From a virus (lineage: Duplodnaviria; Caudoviricetes): a DNA stretch of 64,000 bases. The DNA lies in IMG/VR virus record IMGVR_UViG_3300033073_000738, positions 32,001 to 96,000 of that record; one strand, written 5' to 3'. A program made the position numbers and the translations under genes. The first letter of the stretch is position 1. Each line of letters begins with the position of its first letter. A model generated the notes under the pieces. It made no database searches. It saw only the letters and a program-made list of their open reading frames with translations, and had not been told where the DNA came from. This document shows positions 36,968 to 47,404 of this stretch, piece after piece.

Positions 36968-39900
36968 TTAAATGATATCAAATGAATACCCTTGTTTCTG
37001 AAGTTCAAAGAGTTGCTGAGGGTCAGTTATATTAACTTCTTCTCCAATAGAATAACCACCCATCTCAAACATTGGATAACCAGGACTTCTTAAACCTCTA
37101 GCAGGTATTTCAAATCCACGTGGTGTAGGCATTGGTGGTGGTTCCGGTAAAAATCCTCTAGGTGTAACAGGTGGTGGTGGTGTTGTAGAATTAGGTAATC
37201 CTTTAGGAATACCAGGTAACCTTTTTGCACCAGGTAATTGCTCATATCTAGTATTTCTAAAGAGACCTCTACTACCCAATCCAAGTGCGATTAATTGAGC
37301 AGCTGACATTGCCTTATTAGCCCAACTTGGGTCATACATCATAGTAGCTCCTTGATTGCGCAGCCATGTAAAAGGACTATCTATAAGTTTTATAAAGTCG
37401 TTATCAGACTCTTCTGCAAAGAAATAAGGATCATTTGGATCAACATATTTTTGATAAGAATTAAGATCCTTTGCAGTTTGAGGATTTTGTGTAGATTTTC
37501 CTTTACCAACTCCCGTTTTATTCATCATATCTAAAAACGGATCAATAGTTTTTCCAGGTGCTTTAGGACGTAACATATTTCCGTCATTGGGATTATATGT
37601 AGGGTTCCTCATTAGTCCAAGCAACATACGATTCTGGTCAGCGGTGCCCTTATAGTTCTTAATACCAAATGTCTTCTCTGCCATGGCTTTGCGTGTAGCA
37701 AAGTCAGACTTCATTCCAACACTGTTCAAATAGTCTACAATACTCTCAGAGCTAGGGCCACGTTTACCCGGTGACTTAACAGGTGCTGCAGTCATATTAC
37801 CATTGGGTATAATACCTCTCAGCTCAGGAGGTAAAGGTCTTTCACCACCACCAGGTATATCACTTGGTATCACTTCATTGATATAACCATCTTGGTCAAC
37901 GGGACCAGCTACACCGTATTGAGGATACATACCCCCATTGGAATACCATACTCCACCTGAATAGGTATCACCACCATTAGCATATATTGAGCCTCCACAT
38001 GATAAACACCCTCCGTATTTATTTGATGGTAGGTTATCTTGACGCATTTTCATAAGTAGTTCTTTATTTTTAGTAGCAGAATAATCATAATCTTCAATAC
38101 CGAGTCTTTGAGCAAGTTCAGCTCTGCTTCTTTTGTCTGAAGCCAAACCCCTTGAATTCATATAGTCAACAATAGATTCGGTTTGAAGATTACCTTGTCT
38201 ATTTGTTCTTGTTTGCTGTCTTTGTTCCAATTGTTGTGGAACTACAGCAGTTGGCATATTTACAACAGGTTGACTATTAGTTGCAACACGCTGGGGCACT
38301 GAATAATCCCGGTTGTTTCCAGGTGTAACAATAACTTTTGTCAAAGGTGTATATTCCTCCCAATCAGCTTGTGGTCTTGTTCTCTCAAGATTCTGGTCAA
38401 TATTTGCAAACACTTTACCGGCATATGAATTCTTGTCCAATAGTTTTGCTCTGTCACCATATTGACTATCTATATAATCATTTATTTCTTGGTTGTATTG
38501 CTCCTCTGTTTTACCATCTTTACTTATTTCTTTCTCTGCTTCTTTCCGTAATTGCTTTATAGGATCTTTGGGTGTGCCACGATACATATAAGGAGTCCAT
38601 CTACCGACACCACCTTTTAACTCATCAGCACTTACACCAGGTTTGCCAATCAATTTTGCAGACAATTCATCACCTTGGTTTTCCATCCATTGTCTGTTCT
38701 TAATATTAATAGCAGTCATTAACGGAAGTACCTTATCCCAGTTATAAAGATCTTTAGGAGATTTGATGTCAAACATTTTCTTTAGATCCTCTGGCACACT
38801 ATTGAACTTAATCTGCCCAGGACCTATTGACCAACTCTTAGGTTTGAATATCTTCTCAATTACTCCTTCAGCACCAAAACCACTACCTGCTAATGTTCTG
38901 TCTTCCCATTTGTTTTCTTGACCTAACTCACCGAACGTATTAAGCAACTCATCATGTATGACGCTTTTTGGTACACCTAATTTTGTAACCAGCTCATTAA
39001 CTCGATCTTGATTATTAGCAAAATCAAAAAACTTTGTCATACCTTCTGGCGCATCACCAGCAAATGGGCTATCGTCTCTAAGCTTATAAGTATAATTTGG
39101 ATCTACATATGTCTGATTTTGAATCATGTTTTCTTTATCAGCCAAAGCTTTAAGAACAACAGGATCTTTAGTAAAGTTTGTTAAATCAGGATGATATGGG
39201 TTAACCTTATAGATACTTGCTTGCCTCTCTTCTGGTGCACGTTTAGGGTCAAGCCATTCTCTTAGTTCGTCTTCTCTATAAGTTTTTTTCTTTTTACTGA
39301 AATTGTCAAAAAACTCATGCTCACCGGTTGACTCATTTTTTCCTAAATAAATCTGAGCATGACTTGGGTAACGCTTCCCTTGATTATTCAAACTCTGTAA
39401 ATGTTGCAGAACATCACCTGCTTCTAGATTACCAAAACCCTTTACACCATATCCTTTATTAGGAAAGCCAAACTCTTTTGCTCGTTTAGCAAAATCAGTA
39501 TTTGACCAAGTAACAGTAGGGATAGCACCGGCTTCGTTAAGAACAGTACAAACACCACCTATACATCCAAATGCTTCTTCTCCCCTATTCTGTGCGGCTT
39601 GTCTAACGTTCTCTGGTATATCAACCCAGTTTTGACTATTGGCACGTTTATTAGCCATTTCAACTACTTTCTTAGCTAATGCACGACGTTTTTCATCTTC
39701 AGGATCAGTAGGTCCACCAGTCACAAAATATCTATCATTAACTAAAGAATAGGGATAAGCAATTCCCCCATACTCATACATACCCCCATAACCCATAGAA
39801 GCTCTAATCTTGGCTTCTTGTTCAAGCATCTCTCTTGTTGGTTTCTTACCACTACCTTTGTTCTCTCTGACATTATCCCACAGTCCCCTACGAGAGTAAG

Positions 39901-39997
39901 AACCATCAGCACGACGTATCATTTGACCGCCATTGGCGTACATGTTCAGAATACTTTGCTCTAAAGCATCTCTGAGTATTTTACCATTTGAGCTCAT
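36968..39997 (-). CDS. Virion cargo protein with NlpC/P60- or CHAP-like peptidase, lysozyme-like region and two DUF3597-like repeats
   Basis: GCIGGVCTVL...GDVL...HAQIYLG; GQE...SIGPGQIK; two SIVDY(M/L)NS.G..SD...R...A....GI..Y repeats. Confidence 0.7.
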   Translation of the reverse strand: MSSNGKILRDALEQSILNMYANGGQMIRRADGSYSRRGLWDNVRENKGSGKKPTREMLEQEAKIRASMGYGGMYEYGGIAYPYSLVNDRYFVTGGPTDPEDEKRRALAKKVVEMANKRANSQNWVDIPENVRQAAQNRGEEAFGCIGGVCTVLNEAGAIPTVTWSNTDFAKRAKEFGFPNKGYGVKGFGNLEAGDVLQHLQSLNNQGKRYPSHAQIYLGKNESTGEHEFFDNFSKKKKTYREDELREWLDPKRAPEERQASIYKVNPYHPDLTNFTKDPVVLKALADKENMIQNQTYVDPNYTYKLRDDSPFAGDAPEGMTKFFDFANNQDRVNELVTKLGVPKSVIHDELLNTFGELGQENKWEDRTLAGSGFGAEGVIEKIFKPKSWSIGPGQIKFNSVPEDLKKMFDIKSPKDLYNWDKVLPLMTAINIKNRQWMENQGDELSAKLIGKPGVSADELKGGVGRWTPYMYRGTPKDPIKQLRKEAEKEISKDGKTEEQYNQEINDYIDSQYGDRAKLLDKNSYAGKVFANIDQNLERTRPQADWEEYTPLTKVIVTPGNNRDYSVPQRVATNSQPVVNMPTAVVPQQLEQRQQTRTNRQGNLQTESIVDYMNSRGLASDKRSRAELAQRLGIEDYDYSATKNKELLMKMRQDNLPSNKYGGCLSCGGSIYANGGDTYSGGVWYSNGGMYPQYGVAGPVDQDGYINEVIPSDIPGGGERPLPPELRGIIPNGNMTAAPVKSPGKRGPSSESIVDYLNSVGMKSDFATRKAMAEKTFGIKNYKGTADQNRMLLGLMRNPTYNPNDGNMLRPKAPGKTIDPFLDMMNKTGVGKGKSTQNPQTAKDLNSYQKYVDPNDPYFFAEESDNDFIKLIDSPFTWLRNQGATMMYDPSWANKAMSAAQLIALGLGSRGLFRNTRYEQLPGAKRLPGIPKGLPNSTTPPPPVTPRGFLPEPPPMPTPRGFEIPARGLRSPGYPMFEMGGYSIGEEVNITDPQQLFELQKQGYSFDII

Positions 39998-42900
39998 CTA
40001 TAACTAGGTGTTATTTTCTGATTAGATAGTTTAACTATAATTTTCAATCCATTACTTGTAACACGCCTCAACCATACCTTATTTGAGTGATGACGGAAAC
40101 GTTTATGTTGCAGTGGATCTTTAGCATAATTTACATAGTCAGGGTTAACCCTAAAGTCTACACCATTAGCTCCTGTAATCATCATAGGGATGTTTACAGT
40201 GGAATCAAACTCACCTCTGTTCTTTGTGATATCCCAAAACTCATTGAACCTGTACTTATTCTCTTCTTTAGAATATTGTATATTGATTGCCTCAGTGTCT
40301 ATCTGAGGATAGCTCAATAGATCTAATGGGTTAATCTTACTTTTCAGGTTCAATTTCAACAACCCGGACACCTGCTCAGAGTTGTATATCATAGCCTGGT
40401 CAAACCCTTCATCAAGAACATGGAACTTATCTGAGCAGTCATTATGAAACTTATAAGCTTCCATGATATACTCTACACTTCTTATAGTGCTTACAGATTG
40501 ACCGGTGCTTGTAACAAACTCAATATCAAATGGATAATCTTTGCCGTAGAAATTACAGAACAGATCGCACCTGGAATTGTGTTTCCATATAGAATCATAG
40601 TTGACACTCATGAAATGATTCTTACTTGGTAGCAAGAACGTGGGCTTCCAATCATGAAAACTTATGAATGACTTTCCTTTAGGGTCGTAGCTTATTGTCC
40701 AGCTTGCGTCTTCCCAATACTTCTCGTCAGTAAAATCACAATACACTTTCTCTTGTACTGTTATCGTAGTAGCTGGTTCTGTTTCAACAGTAATAGGGGC
40801 CGTTACAGTCTTTGTACATACCGGCTGATTACAAGTGGGGTTGTTCAATGTAAACCCGGTAGGGCAAGTATAGAGATTACTATTGAACTCTGTTACATTC
40901 CTTGTAGTGAATACATACTGCAAATTGTTGTAATTGGTCTGAGCATTCAGAAAATCCACTACAGACTGACCAGATGGTCTATTGCTTAAGTCATACACCT
41001 CACAACCAAACCCAGCTTTTTGACCGTCGTTATATCCTTCAAGTCTCAAGATGTGAGAACCCGCTGTAATTGTAACTGGATAGATGTGCAGATAGTTAAA
41101 AGTAGTTGTGGTACCAGTCTGGTCTTCGAGAACCAGTACACCATCAAGTAGGAGTCTATATCTATTATCACCAGCAATTGCTACATGATACACTTTAGTC
41201 TGAGCAATATTTATACAAACGTCAAAACCTATCCAGGTACTTACAGGTGTGAGGTTAGAACCAGAATGATTGTAGTTGTTTAATTCTACACCATTCACAA
41301 TATTCTGTCCCCAGATTGCCAAACGATTTACAGGGCCGTTCCTGGTATCATCTAGATCTAAAGCTTGTTTCTGGTCGTTTGTAAGACTGCTCCAGTTAGC
41401 GGGGCTTGCTGTACGTATCCAGAAAGGATTAGATGTACTTAACGCTGTATATCCTCCTGAAGTGCTAGATGTATTGTAAACACGAGTTCCCAGACTACCG
41501 TACACTTCATATGGTGTGCGACTCACTTTTGTAACAACGCCGGTTTGATCAGCATCAGCTGTAAATATCCTAACACATGTACCGTTCTGTAATGTATAAC
41601 CAGGAGGACAATTTGAACCGTTCTTTACACACACAGTACCATTGTAAGTCCAACCTTTTCTACAAACTTTTTCTTGAGTACTACCCTTTACGTAATAGAA
41701 CCCCTTGCCATCATAGTATAGATCTTTACGCTTAGGTTTATAATCCTTCTTGCTAATGTAGATCATCTCATTGGTGTTGTCATATGTCATCTGAACACCA
41801 ATGCCATTAACTGGGTTATCGTAATATGGATAATCAGGATATACTTTAAGAAGCTCACTTGGTAGATGTTTTGCAAACCACCATTTCATTCCGTTACGTG
41901 ATATTTCATCCAGTTGACCACCAAACTGAAATACCTTACCCTGGTTCTGACTTGTCCAAAACACACCTTGAGGAGTAGCAATAACAGAATACTTATTCTG
42001 ACAAGACCCATATTGATAACTTCTGTCAGCATTCACAACACTCTGCATTGGGGTACTCGAGTTAAGCAACCCTCCATCGCCTATATATACTTTTGTACCG
42101 GCGTCAGTCTGAAGAGTGTCTACACCAACAAACTGCATAGGACTGTCTTGCTCCATCATAAAGATAGCACCCGTCTTACCTATATTCTTTATAGAGGTGA
42201 TTCGGTCACTAAAATCCCTGTAGTTATTAGTAAGGAATATTCTCCAGTTGTCTTTCTTGTTCTCACTGGTTTGCTGCAAAGAGTAGGTAACCCTGTATGG
42301 AAACTTTGTAAAACAAGTTTCATACATCAGCGGTGAGTAATCCAGGGGAAGTAAGAAACTCCAAGGAGTAAAGTTATTATACAGCTTGGTTGTAGAAAGT
42401 GAGTAATCGTACTTATAGTAGTTACTGTCCTTAATTACATCACTTCTAAACAATGTTGACAGATCTGTGAATGTTCCAGCATCGTAATGTCTTTGCCCAG
42501 GATTCTCGCCCCAGTCTCTTTGAGCCAGGTTAACTTCACTTTCTACAAAGAAGTCACGTACACCGTTACAGAACAAATAGAAATAACCAGGTTTCTGATA
42601 AAAGAATCCTTCGTCAGGAGGATTACCATCATTCAAACGATGATAGTTTGATGCCTTATCTAGCATCTTATAATGAACTTGAGTAGTGTCAAGCCAATAC
42701 CTGGGATAAGGAACATTATATCCTTCTCTGTAGTTATACTCAGTTTCATCATCCATGTTCACCATCCAGTCATTAAAGAAAAAGAATGGGTTCTTTTCGG
42801 TGAATCTGTTGATGTATGTGTCACCACCAAATATGATATCAGATGTATACTTTACAGTCTTGCTTGGGGTAGTATACTGAATGCAACTAAATGTCGGCAT

Positions 42901-45516
42901 TTGAAGTATACTGTGCAGTTGTCCATATTGAGAATCTAGAGGAGTTTTCAATGCACCATATAAAGAGCTGATGTCGCTCTCTATGATTTGGTTCATCTCA
43001 ATATTAGAGCCGGTAATAGTTCTGAACCCGGTCATTGTGTTCCTACTGTTATCAATAACAGTGGTTGAATCATTCAGAATACCGTCTATTTGAAGAACGA
43101 CGCCGGTGTTCCTGTATAGATTATTAATAACAAACTCAGAACCAAATGTCTGAACATTCTGATCCATATAGTAGGAACTCTTAATAGTCTTTACAGCATC
43201 TACCTGGTCATATGGAAGAGAGTCATAATAAAATCCATGAGAGTTATACTGAGACGCATATTGTTTTCTAGGAATCAAACCTACCAACAAATGAGTCAGT
43301 TGAGCATGTGTTGCTTCAGTACATACAAAAGCAACAATTGTAGCCATTGCGTAATAGTTGGCTAGTTTTAAACCATAACCAACAGCGTCGACTACTGTTC
43401 CTAAAACACCACCAATTGCACTACCAATAGGACCAAATGCTGAACCTATACCTCTTAAGATATTACCTACAGTTGTTTGCTTATACTCCGGCATTGTAGG
43501 AGTAATCATCACTGTAAAGGGTACATCTTTTGTTGCAGCAGTTGTTACAGTTGGCAGTTTGTCTCCGGCTTTAACACTAAGATTGTTTATAAAACCAACA
43601 ATATCTAATATCTTCTGTATGAAGTCAATACCTTGACCTATCACCTTTGCTTTAGGATGCTTATAAGGATTCTCAAAGTAACCTAATGATTTACCAGTTT
43701 GCAGCTGGTAAACTTTAAGTTGACTCACAGACAAAAATGGCTTAGAGAATGTAGTTTCCGGCGAATGAAATGAAAATATATCCTTCCTATATCTTTCCTG
43801 GGGATCTACAGTGGTATCATTATAAGACCCCTTGGTGAACAAAGATCTATTGGTTGTAAGATAGTAATCAGGTCGTAAATCGTTATAAGGGTAGTTCTGG
43901 AAAAGTCCTTTGATATTAGGACGATCTGGTAGATCAAACTCTCTCATATTATTGAGCTGACCCTTAGCAACAATAGTCTTCTGCCCTTCCCTACTGCCTC
44001 TTAGTATTTCATATCCTACAATAGATTCAATAGGGTTTCCATAATTGTCTACCGGAGTAAGTATATTATCAAACTTAACACCCAGAATAACTATATTCTG
44101 ACCCTTAGAGTTATAGTGATTCAACAGAGGGTTAACCGTTTGGTCAGGGAATTTGTGGTGTCTAATAGGTTTACCACAAAGCTCACCCCACACTTCAGGT
44201 TTGTTATCTATGTAACGCTCTGTACTTTCCCAATAACCCATTTCTCCTTCAGCTATAACTGTACCACCGTCGGCCATTACAGTTTGTGTCAGAGAAGTAA
44301 TGCCAGCTGTATTGATATTAGCAAATATAGAAGCCTCGTCATTACGGGCCTCTCTACCAGGTATGTGATAACTTGCAGACTTGTCTCCTGTGTTGTATAT
44401 CCAACGTATAAAGAAAGCATATTGCTCATCTCTCATATAGCCCGCGTTACTACCACCTTTCTGGTAATAGTCAGCGGGATATTGAACAGCTACCCACTTT
44501 GTCTTAATCTTATTAGCAATGGGCTGATAGTTGAAATCATATTTCCCGTACATACCCACCCTCATCAGATAGTTATTTACGGAATACATTGCATCAGACT
44601 TATCGTAGATCTGACTCTTTAGTGGAATCAGAGAAAAAGGCACCTCTTCTAAACGGGGGTCTACGGTGTCAATTCTTACCCTAGTTTGATTAGTCGAGTA
44701 AAATCCAACTCTTTTAACAGTCTGTACAGCATTTGCAAAATAGATTACCACTAGTTCATACTCATCAAAATTGGGGTCTAAGTTTGTAATACTCACCTCT
44801 AAAGAACCAGAAAGATTCAAGTGGTCAAACAAACTCTGTACATCACTTGGAGTGAAGTAATCAGTAACCCTTATCTCATTGATAGAATATGCAACAGCTA
44901 CCTGGTAAGAACCATTTGGAAGAGTACCAGCACTACGTCCTTTCTTAAGATCTATACAAGGTGTCTTGAGCAAAGGAGCAAGTCTAAGCTGCTCACAGTC
45001 AAGCTCTGTAGTGGGAGTTTCAATAATACAATCCCTGTTCTGTTTATCGTAGCTCTTAATTGTTTTATACGGTATCTCATTGAGATTCAGCACCCTAGAA
45101 GGATTCAGACCATCATCCCAATACACTAAGTCTTCACAGCCAAAACGTTGTCTGGCTACACCATTGATCAAGTTAGATTTCTTAAAACCAAGACAAGGTG
45201 AATTCACTTTCTTCTGATAGAAGCAACGGCTTTCATCAAATACACCAATCTCACAGTTAGTGTCGTCAGTAGTGAATATAACCCACTGGTCATCTCTAAG
45301 AAGAATAGCACCGATCAATGTATACGGCAGCTGTACACATTTAAGATTAGCTGGCTCATTACCCAGAACACCTACTTGACCATCGTGAGAGTTATTAACT
45401 GCATTACGTGCATGTGTCCATAACCCATCGCCAACGAAGGTATCATTAAAGTCTTTCACCATTCCTTTGGTAAAGGAATTTGTGACAGCCCCAGGATTTT
45501 GAGTATTCTCAGCCAT
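39994..45516 (-). CDS. Tail stabilisation/hub protein (crAss-type, P22 gp10-like) with an internal Cys-rich/PA14-like insertion
   Basis: NSFTKGMVKD...W.HARNA N-terminus, YMRDEQYAF, WTISYDP...ISFHDW; size and position match crAss tail modules. Confidence 0.8.
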   Translation of the reverse strand: MAENTQNPGAVTNSFTKGMVKDFNDTFVGDGLWTHARNAVNNSHDGQVGVLGNEPANLKCVQLPYTLIGAILLRDDQWVIFTTDDTNCEIGVFDESRCFYQKKVNSPCLGFKKSNLINGVARQRFGCEDLVYWDDGLNPSRVLNLNEIPYKTIKSYDKQNRDCIIETPTTELDCEQLRLAPLLKTPCIDLKKGRSAGTLPNGSYQVAVAYSINEIRVTDYFTPSDVQSLFDHLNLSGSLEVSITNLDPNFDEYELVVIYFANAVQTVKRVGFYSTNQTRVRIDTVDPRLEEVPFSLIPLKSQIYDKSDAMYSVNNYLMRVGMYGKYDFNYQPIANKIKTKWVAVQYPADYYQKGGSNAGYMRDEQYAFFIRWIYNTGDKSASYHIPGREARNDEASIFANINTAGITSLTQTVMADGGTVIAEGEMGYWESTERYIDNKPEVWGELCGKPIRHHKFPDQTVNPLLNHYNSKGQNIVILGVKFDNILTPVDNYGNPIESIVGYEILRGSREGQKTIVAKGQLNNMREFDLPDRPNIKGLFQNYPYNDLRPDYYLTTNRSLFTKGSYNDTTVDPQERYRKDIFSFHSPETTFSKPFLSVSQLKVYQLQTGKSLGYFENPYKHPKAKVIGQGIDFIQKILDIVGFINNLSVKAGDKLPTVTTAATKDVPFTVMITPTMPEYKQTTVGNILRGIGSAFGPIGSAIGGVLGTVVDAVGYGLKLANYYAMATIVAFVCTEATHAQLTHLLVGLIPRKQYASQYNSHGFYYDSLPYDQVDAVKTIKSSYYMDQNVQTFGSEFVINNLYRNTGVVLQIDGILNDSTTVIDNSRNTMTGFRTITGSNIEMNQIIESDISSLYGALKTPLDSQYGQLHSILQMPTFSCIQYTTPSKTVKYTSDIIFGGDTYINRFTEKNPFFFFNDWMVNMDDETEYNYREGYNVPYPRYWLDTTQVHYKMLDKASNYHRLNDGNPPDEGFFYQKPGYFYLFCNGVRDFFVESEVNLAQRDWGENPGQRHYDAGTFTDLSTLFRSDVIKDSNYYKYDYSLSTTKLYNNFTPWSFLLPLDYSPLMYETCFTKFPYRVTYSLQQTSENKKDNWRIFLTNNYRDFSDRITSIKNIGKTGAIFMMEQDSPMQFVGVDTLQTDAGTKVYIGDGGLLNSSTPMQSVVNADRSYQYGSCQNKYSVIATPQGVFWTSQNQGKVFQFGGQLDEISRNGMKWWFAKHLPSELLKVYPDYPYYDNPVNGIGVQMTYDNTNEMIYISKKDYKPKRKDLYYDGKGFYYVKGSTQEKVCRKGWTYNGTVCVKNGSNCPPGYTLQNGTCVRIFTADADQTGVVTKVSRTPYEVYGSLGTRVYNTSSTSGGYTALSTSNPFWIRTASPANWSSLTNDQKQALDLDDTRNGPVNRLAIWGQNIVNGVELNNYNHSGSNLTPVSTWIGFDVCINIAQTKVYHVAIAGDNRYRLLLDGVLVLEDQTGTTTTFNYLHIYPVTITAGSHILRLEGYNDGQKAGFGCEVYDLSNRPSGQSVVDFLNAQTNYNNLQYVFTTRNVTEFNSNLYTCPTGFTLNNPTCNQPVCTKTVTAPITVETEPATTITVQEKVYCDFTDEKYWEDASWTISYDPKGKSFISFHDWKPTFLLPSKNHFMSVNYDSIWKHNSRCDLFCNFYGKDYPFDIEFVTSTGQSVSTIRSVEYIMEAYKFHNDCSDKFHVLDEGFDQAMIYNSEQVSGLLKLNLKSKINPLDLLSYPQIDTEAINIQYSKEENKYRFNEFWDITKNRGEFDSTVNIPMMITGANGVDFRVNPDYVNYAKDPLQHKRFRHHSNKVWLRRVTSNGLKIIVKLSNQKITPSYR

Positions 45517-45868
45517 GCTTTATTTCAAACTTTTTCTTGTCCAAACTTTTGTAAATAAACTCACTTACGTGCCCTGCAATCCATGCACCAGATTCATCGT
45601 CAGTTATATCTCTGTCTTCCATAACCCTATGCACAATATGAAAAGCCTCATGAGCTATTGTATTGTGAGTTATACATTCAGAATCAATAATCAGATAATA
45701 CGTTGACATATCTGGAGACATCATAACACCTTCTGCTTCATCTTCAAACTCCTCTAATATCTTATGCTTTTTAAACAAGGAGTTCATCACTCCAAATATG
45801 TTATCCGTAATCATCAATACAATCTTACATTCGTAAGTGGTCAGTTTTAGTGTACTTGTTTTTGTCAT
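45509..45868 (-). CDS. Small zincin-like metallopeptidase
   Basis: TIAHEAFH followed by DDESGAW (third ligand Glu). Confidence 0.75.
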   Translation of the reverse strand: MTKTSTLKLTTYECKIVLMITDNIFGVMNSLFKKHKILEEFEDEAEGVMMSPDMSTYYLIIDSECITHNTIAHEAFHIVHRVMEDRDITDDESGAWIAGHVSEFIYKSLDKKKFEIKHG

Positions 45869-45871
45869 ACT

Positions 45872-46732
45872 TTACCATCCCTCAGTTGATTTGAACATAT
45901 CATAATACTTATTGTACATTGCTTTTCTGTTGAGCTCCCATAGTTTATACATCTCGGCAAAATCAGGTGTATTAACAATACTCAGCGCGTTGTTTCTTGC
46001 AACCCTCAAACGCTGTTCTACCAGTTGCATCTTTTGAACTACGTCTTCACCATTCATATAGAGATTCTCAAGTATCCGCTGCTTCAATGCGTATTCATAA
46101 TACTCATTGATCATAGGGTGATCTAAAACCAGAAGATTACCATCGTCATCTTCCAAGGCTCCTTGGTAGTTGATGAACACCCTACCACTATCAAGCTTGG
46201 TGTAGATGAATCCATTCTTTATATAACCTGCGAGATTAGAATCGTTAGGGCTGAAGTTCTTAACCCCGGATATCATCAATCTTTCAAAATGGTCGTATAT
46301 CCTTGTTTCATTAGTTCTCTTCTCTACAACCTGTACATGGATATTCTCCCCTGTTTGACTCTCAATAGTGTAGGTCTTTTCACAGGTGCAATCCAGGTCA
46401 ACATTACCGCATGTACCACAGGTAGCAGGGTCAAGTATCACATCTTCTGTATGACGACCATGGAATCCTTTACTAACCACTTTATACTTACCGCACAGGT
46501 AAGCATAATTGAGAACATAGAAATCATCCGGTAAACGAAGCTTCTTGTTCTCTACATCAAGCAACTTCTGTTTTGTACCATGTATACGTAACCCTAGGTC
46601 ATAATTTACTTTCTGTGCAATCTTAATTAACTGCCCAGGCTCAATCATACCTTCATTGTTGTACAGATACAGATCTGCACTCACCTCGTCAAGAAGCTCA
46701 TTGAATGTCTTATATTTCAATTCAGTTTTCAT
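45872..46732 (-). CDS. Tail ring/tubular protein (crAss-type)
   Basis: RLPDDFY, YIKNGFIYT..DSG.V.INY...DDDG motifs; synteny upstream of the stabilisation protein. Confidence 0.65.
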   Translation of the reverse strand: MKTELKYKTFNELLDEVSADLYLYNNEGMIEPGQLIKIAQKVNYDLGLRIHGTKQKLLDVENKKLRLPDDFYVLNYAYLCGKYKVVSKGFHGRHTEDVILDPATCGTCGNVDLDCTCEKTYTIESQTGENIHVQVVEKRTNETRIYDHFERLMISGVKNFSPNDSNLAGYIKNGFIYTKLDSGRVFINYQGALEDDDGNLLVLDHPMINEYYEYALKQRILENLYMNGEDVVQKMQLVEQRLRVARNNALSIVNTPDFAEMYKLWELNRKAMYNKYYDMFKSTEGW

Positions 46733-47403
46733 CGAAGTGCGTTTTGTTTGTCATTTTGTAAGTCACTAGGAAACTGTGCAACCCCGCTTAAATCTTTCAG
46801 TGTAGCAGCTTCCAATTCACCAAACAAGTAATCAGGTACATTAAAAGGTTGGTCAGACCTTATACGACAATCATCATCTGCACAAGTGAAACCTTGAATG
46901 TCATCTTGGAATATTCCTTCTATACGTACAGCGTCCCATTCCAGATTGGGGAAATAGATGTAGTCATCCAGAAACCAATAGTAAAGTGTCTTGTTATATT
47001 TGAAGTTCTTTGAGTTAGCTGTATGTATATACGTACTGGGAAGAATAGGTTGCAACTCATCACTACCATCCAGACTTGCTATAGTTCTGATCAATGGACC
47101 CCAATAACCCTGCATAAACGTCGGCATCTTTTCTTTGGTCCTCTTGATTGTTATGTCACTCTTGATACCAGTGCAGCAAGCCATTACTTTGTCAACTTCT
47201 ATAAGCTCGACAAACTCAAGAGTTTGCATTACAGAAGTCATACCCAACAACTTTGATTTGGAATCTTCCCTCTTCAAAAGCCATTGCGCATTCTTCAATA
47301 AAAAAGAATAAAGGACTCTATCTGTAAGAAAGAAGTCCTGTTTGGATGCTTTTATCTGGTTGCGTATCCTGGATACAATATTTCCTATAGTAGGTCTTGA
47401 CAT
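46729..47403 (-). CDS. Tail ring protein (crAss-type)
   Basis: LELIEVD...CC, YYWFLDDYIYF, VRIEGIF, C-terminal D.QND pattern; synteny. Confidence 0.65.
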   Translation of the reverse strand: MSRPTIGNIVSRIRNQIKASKQDFFLTDRVLYSFLLKNAQWLLKREDSKSKLLGMTSVMQTLEFVELIEVDKVMACCTGIKSDITIKRTKEKMPTFMQGYWGPLIRTIASLDGSDELQPILPSTYIHTANSKNFKYNKTLYYWFLDDYIYFPNLEWDAVRIEGIFQDDIQGFTCADDDCRIRSDQPFNVPDYLFGELEAATLKDLSGVAQFPSDLQNDKQNALR

Positions 47404-47404
47404 A

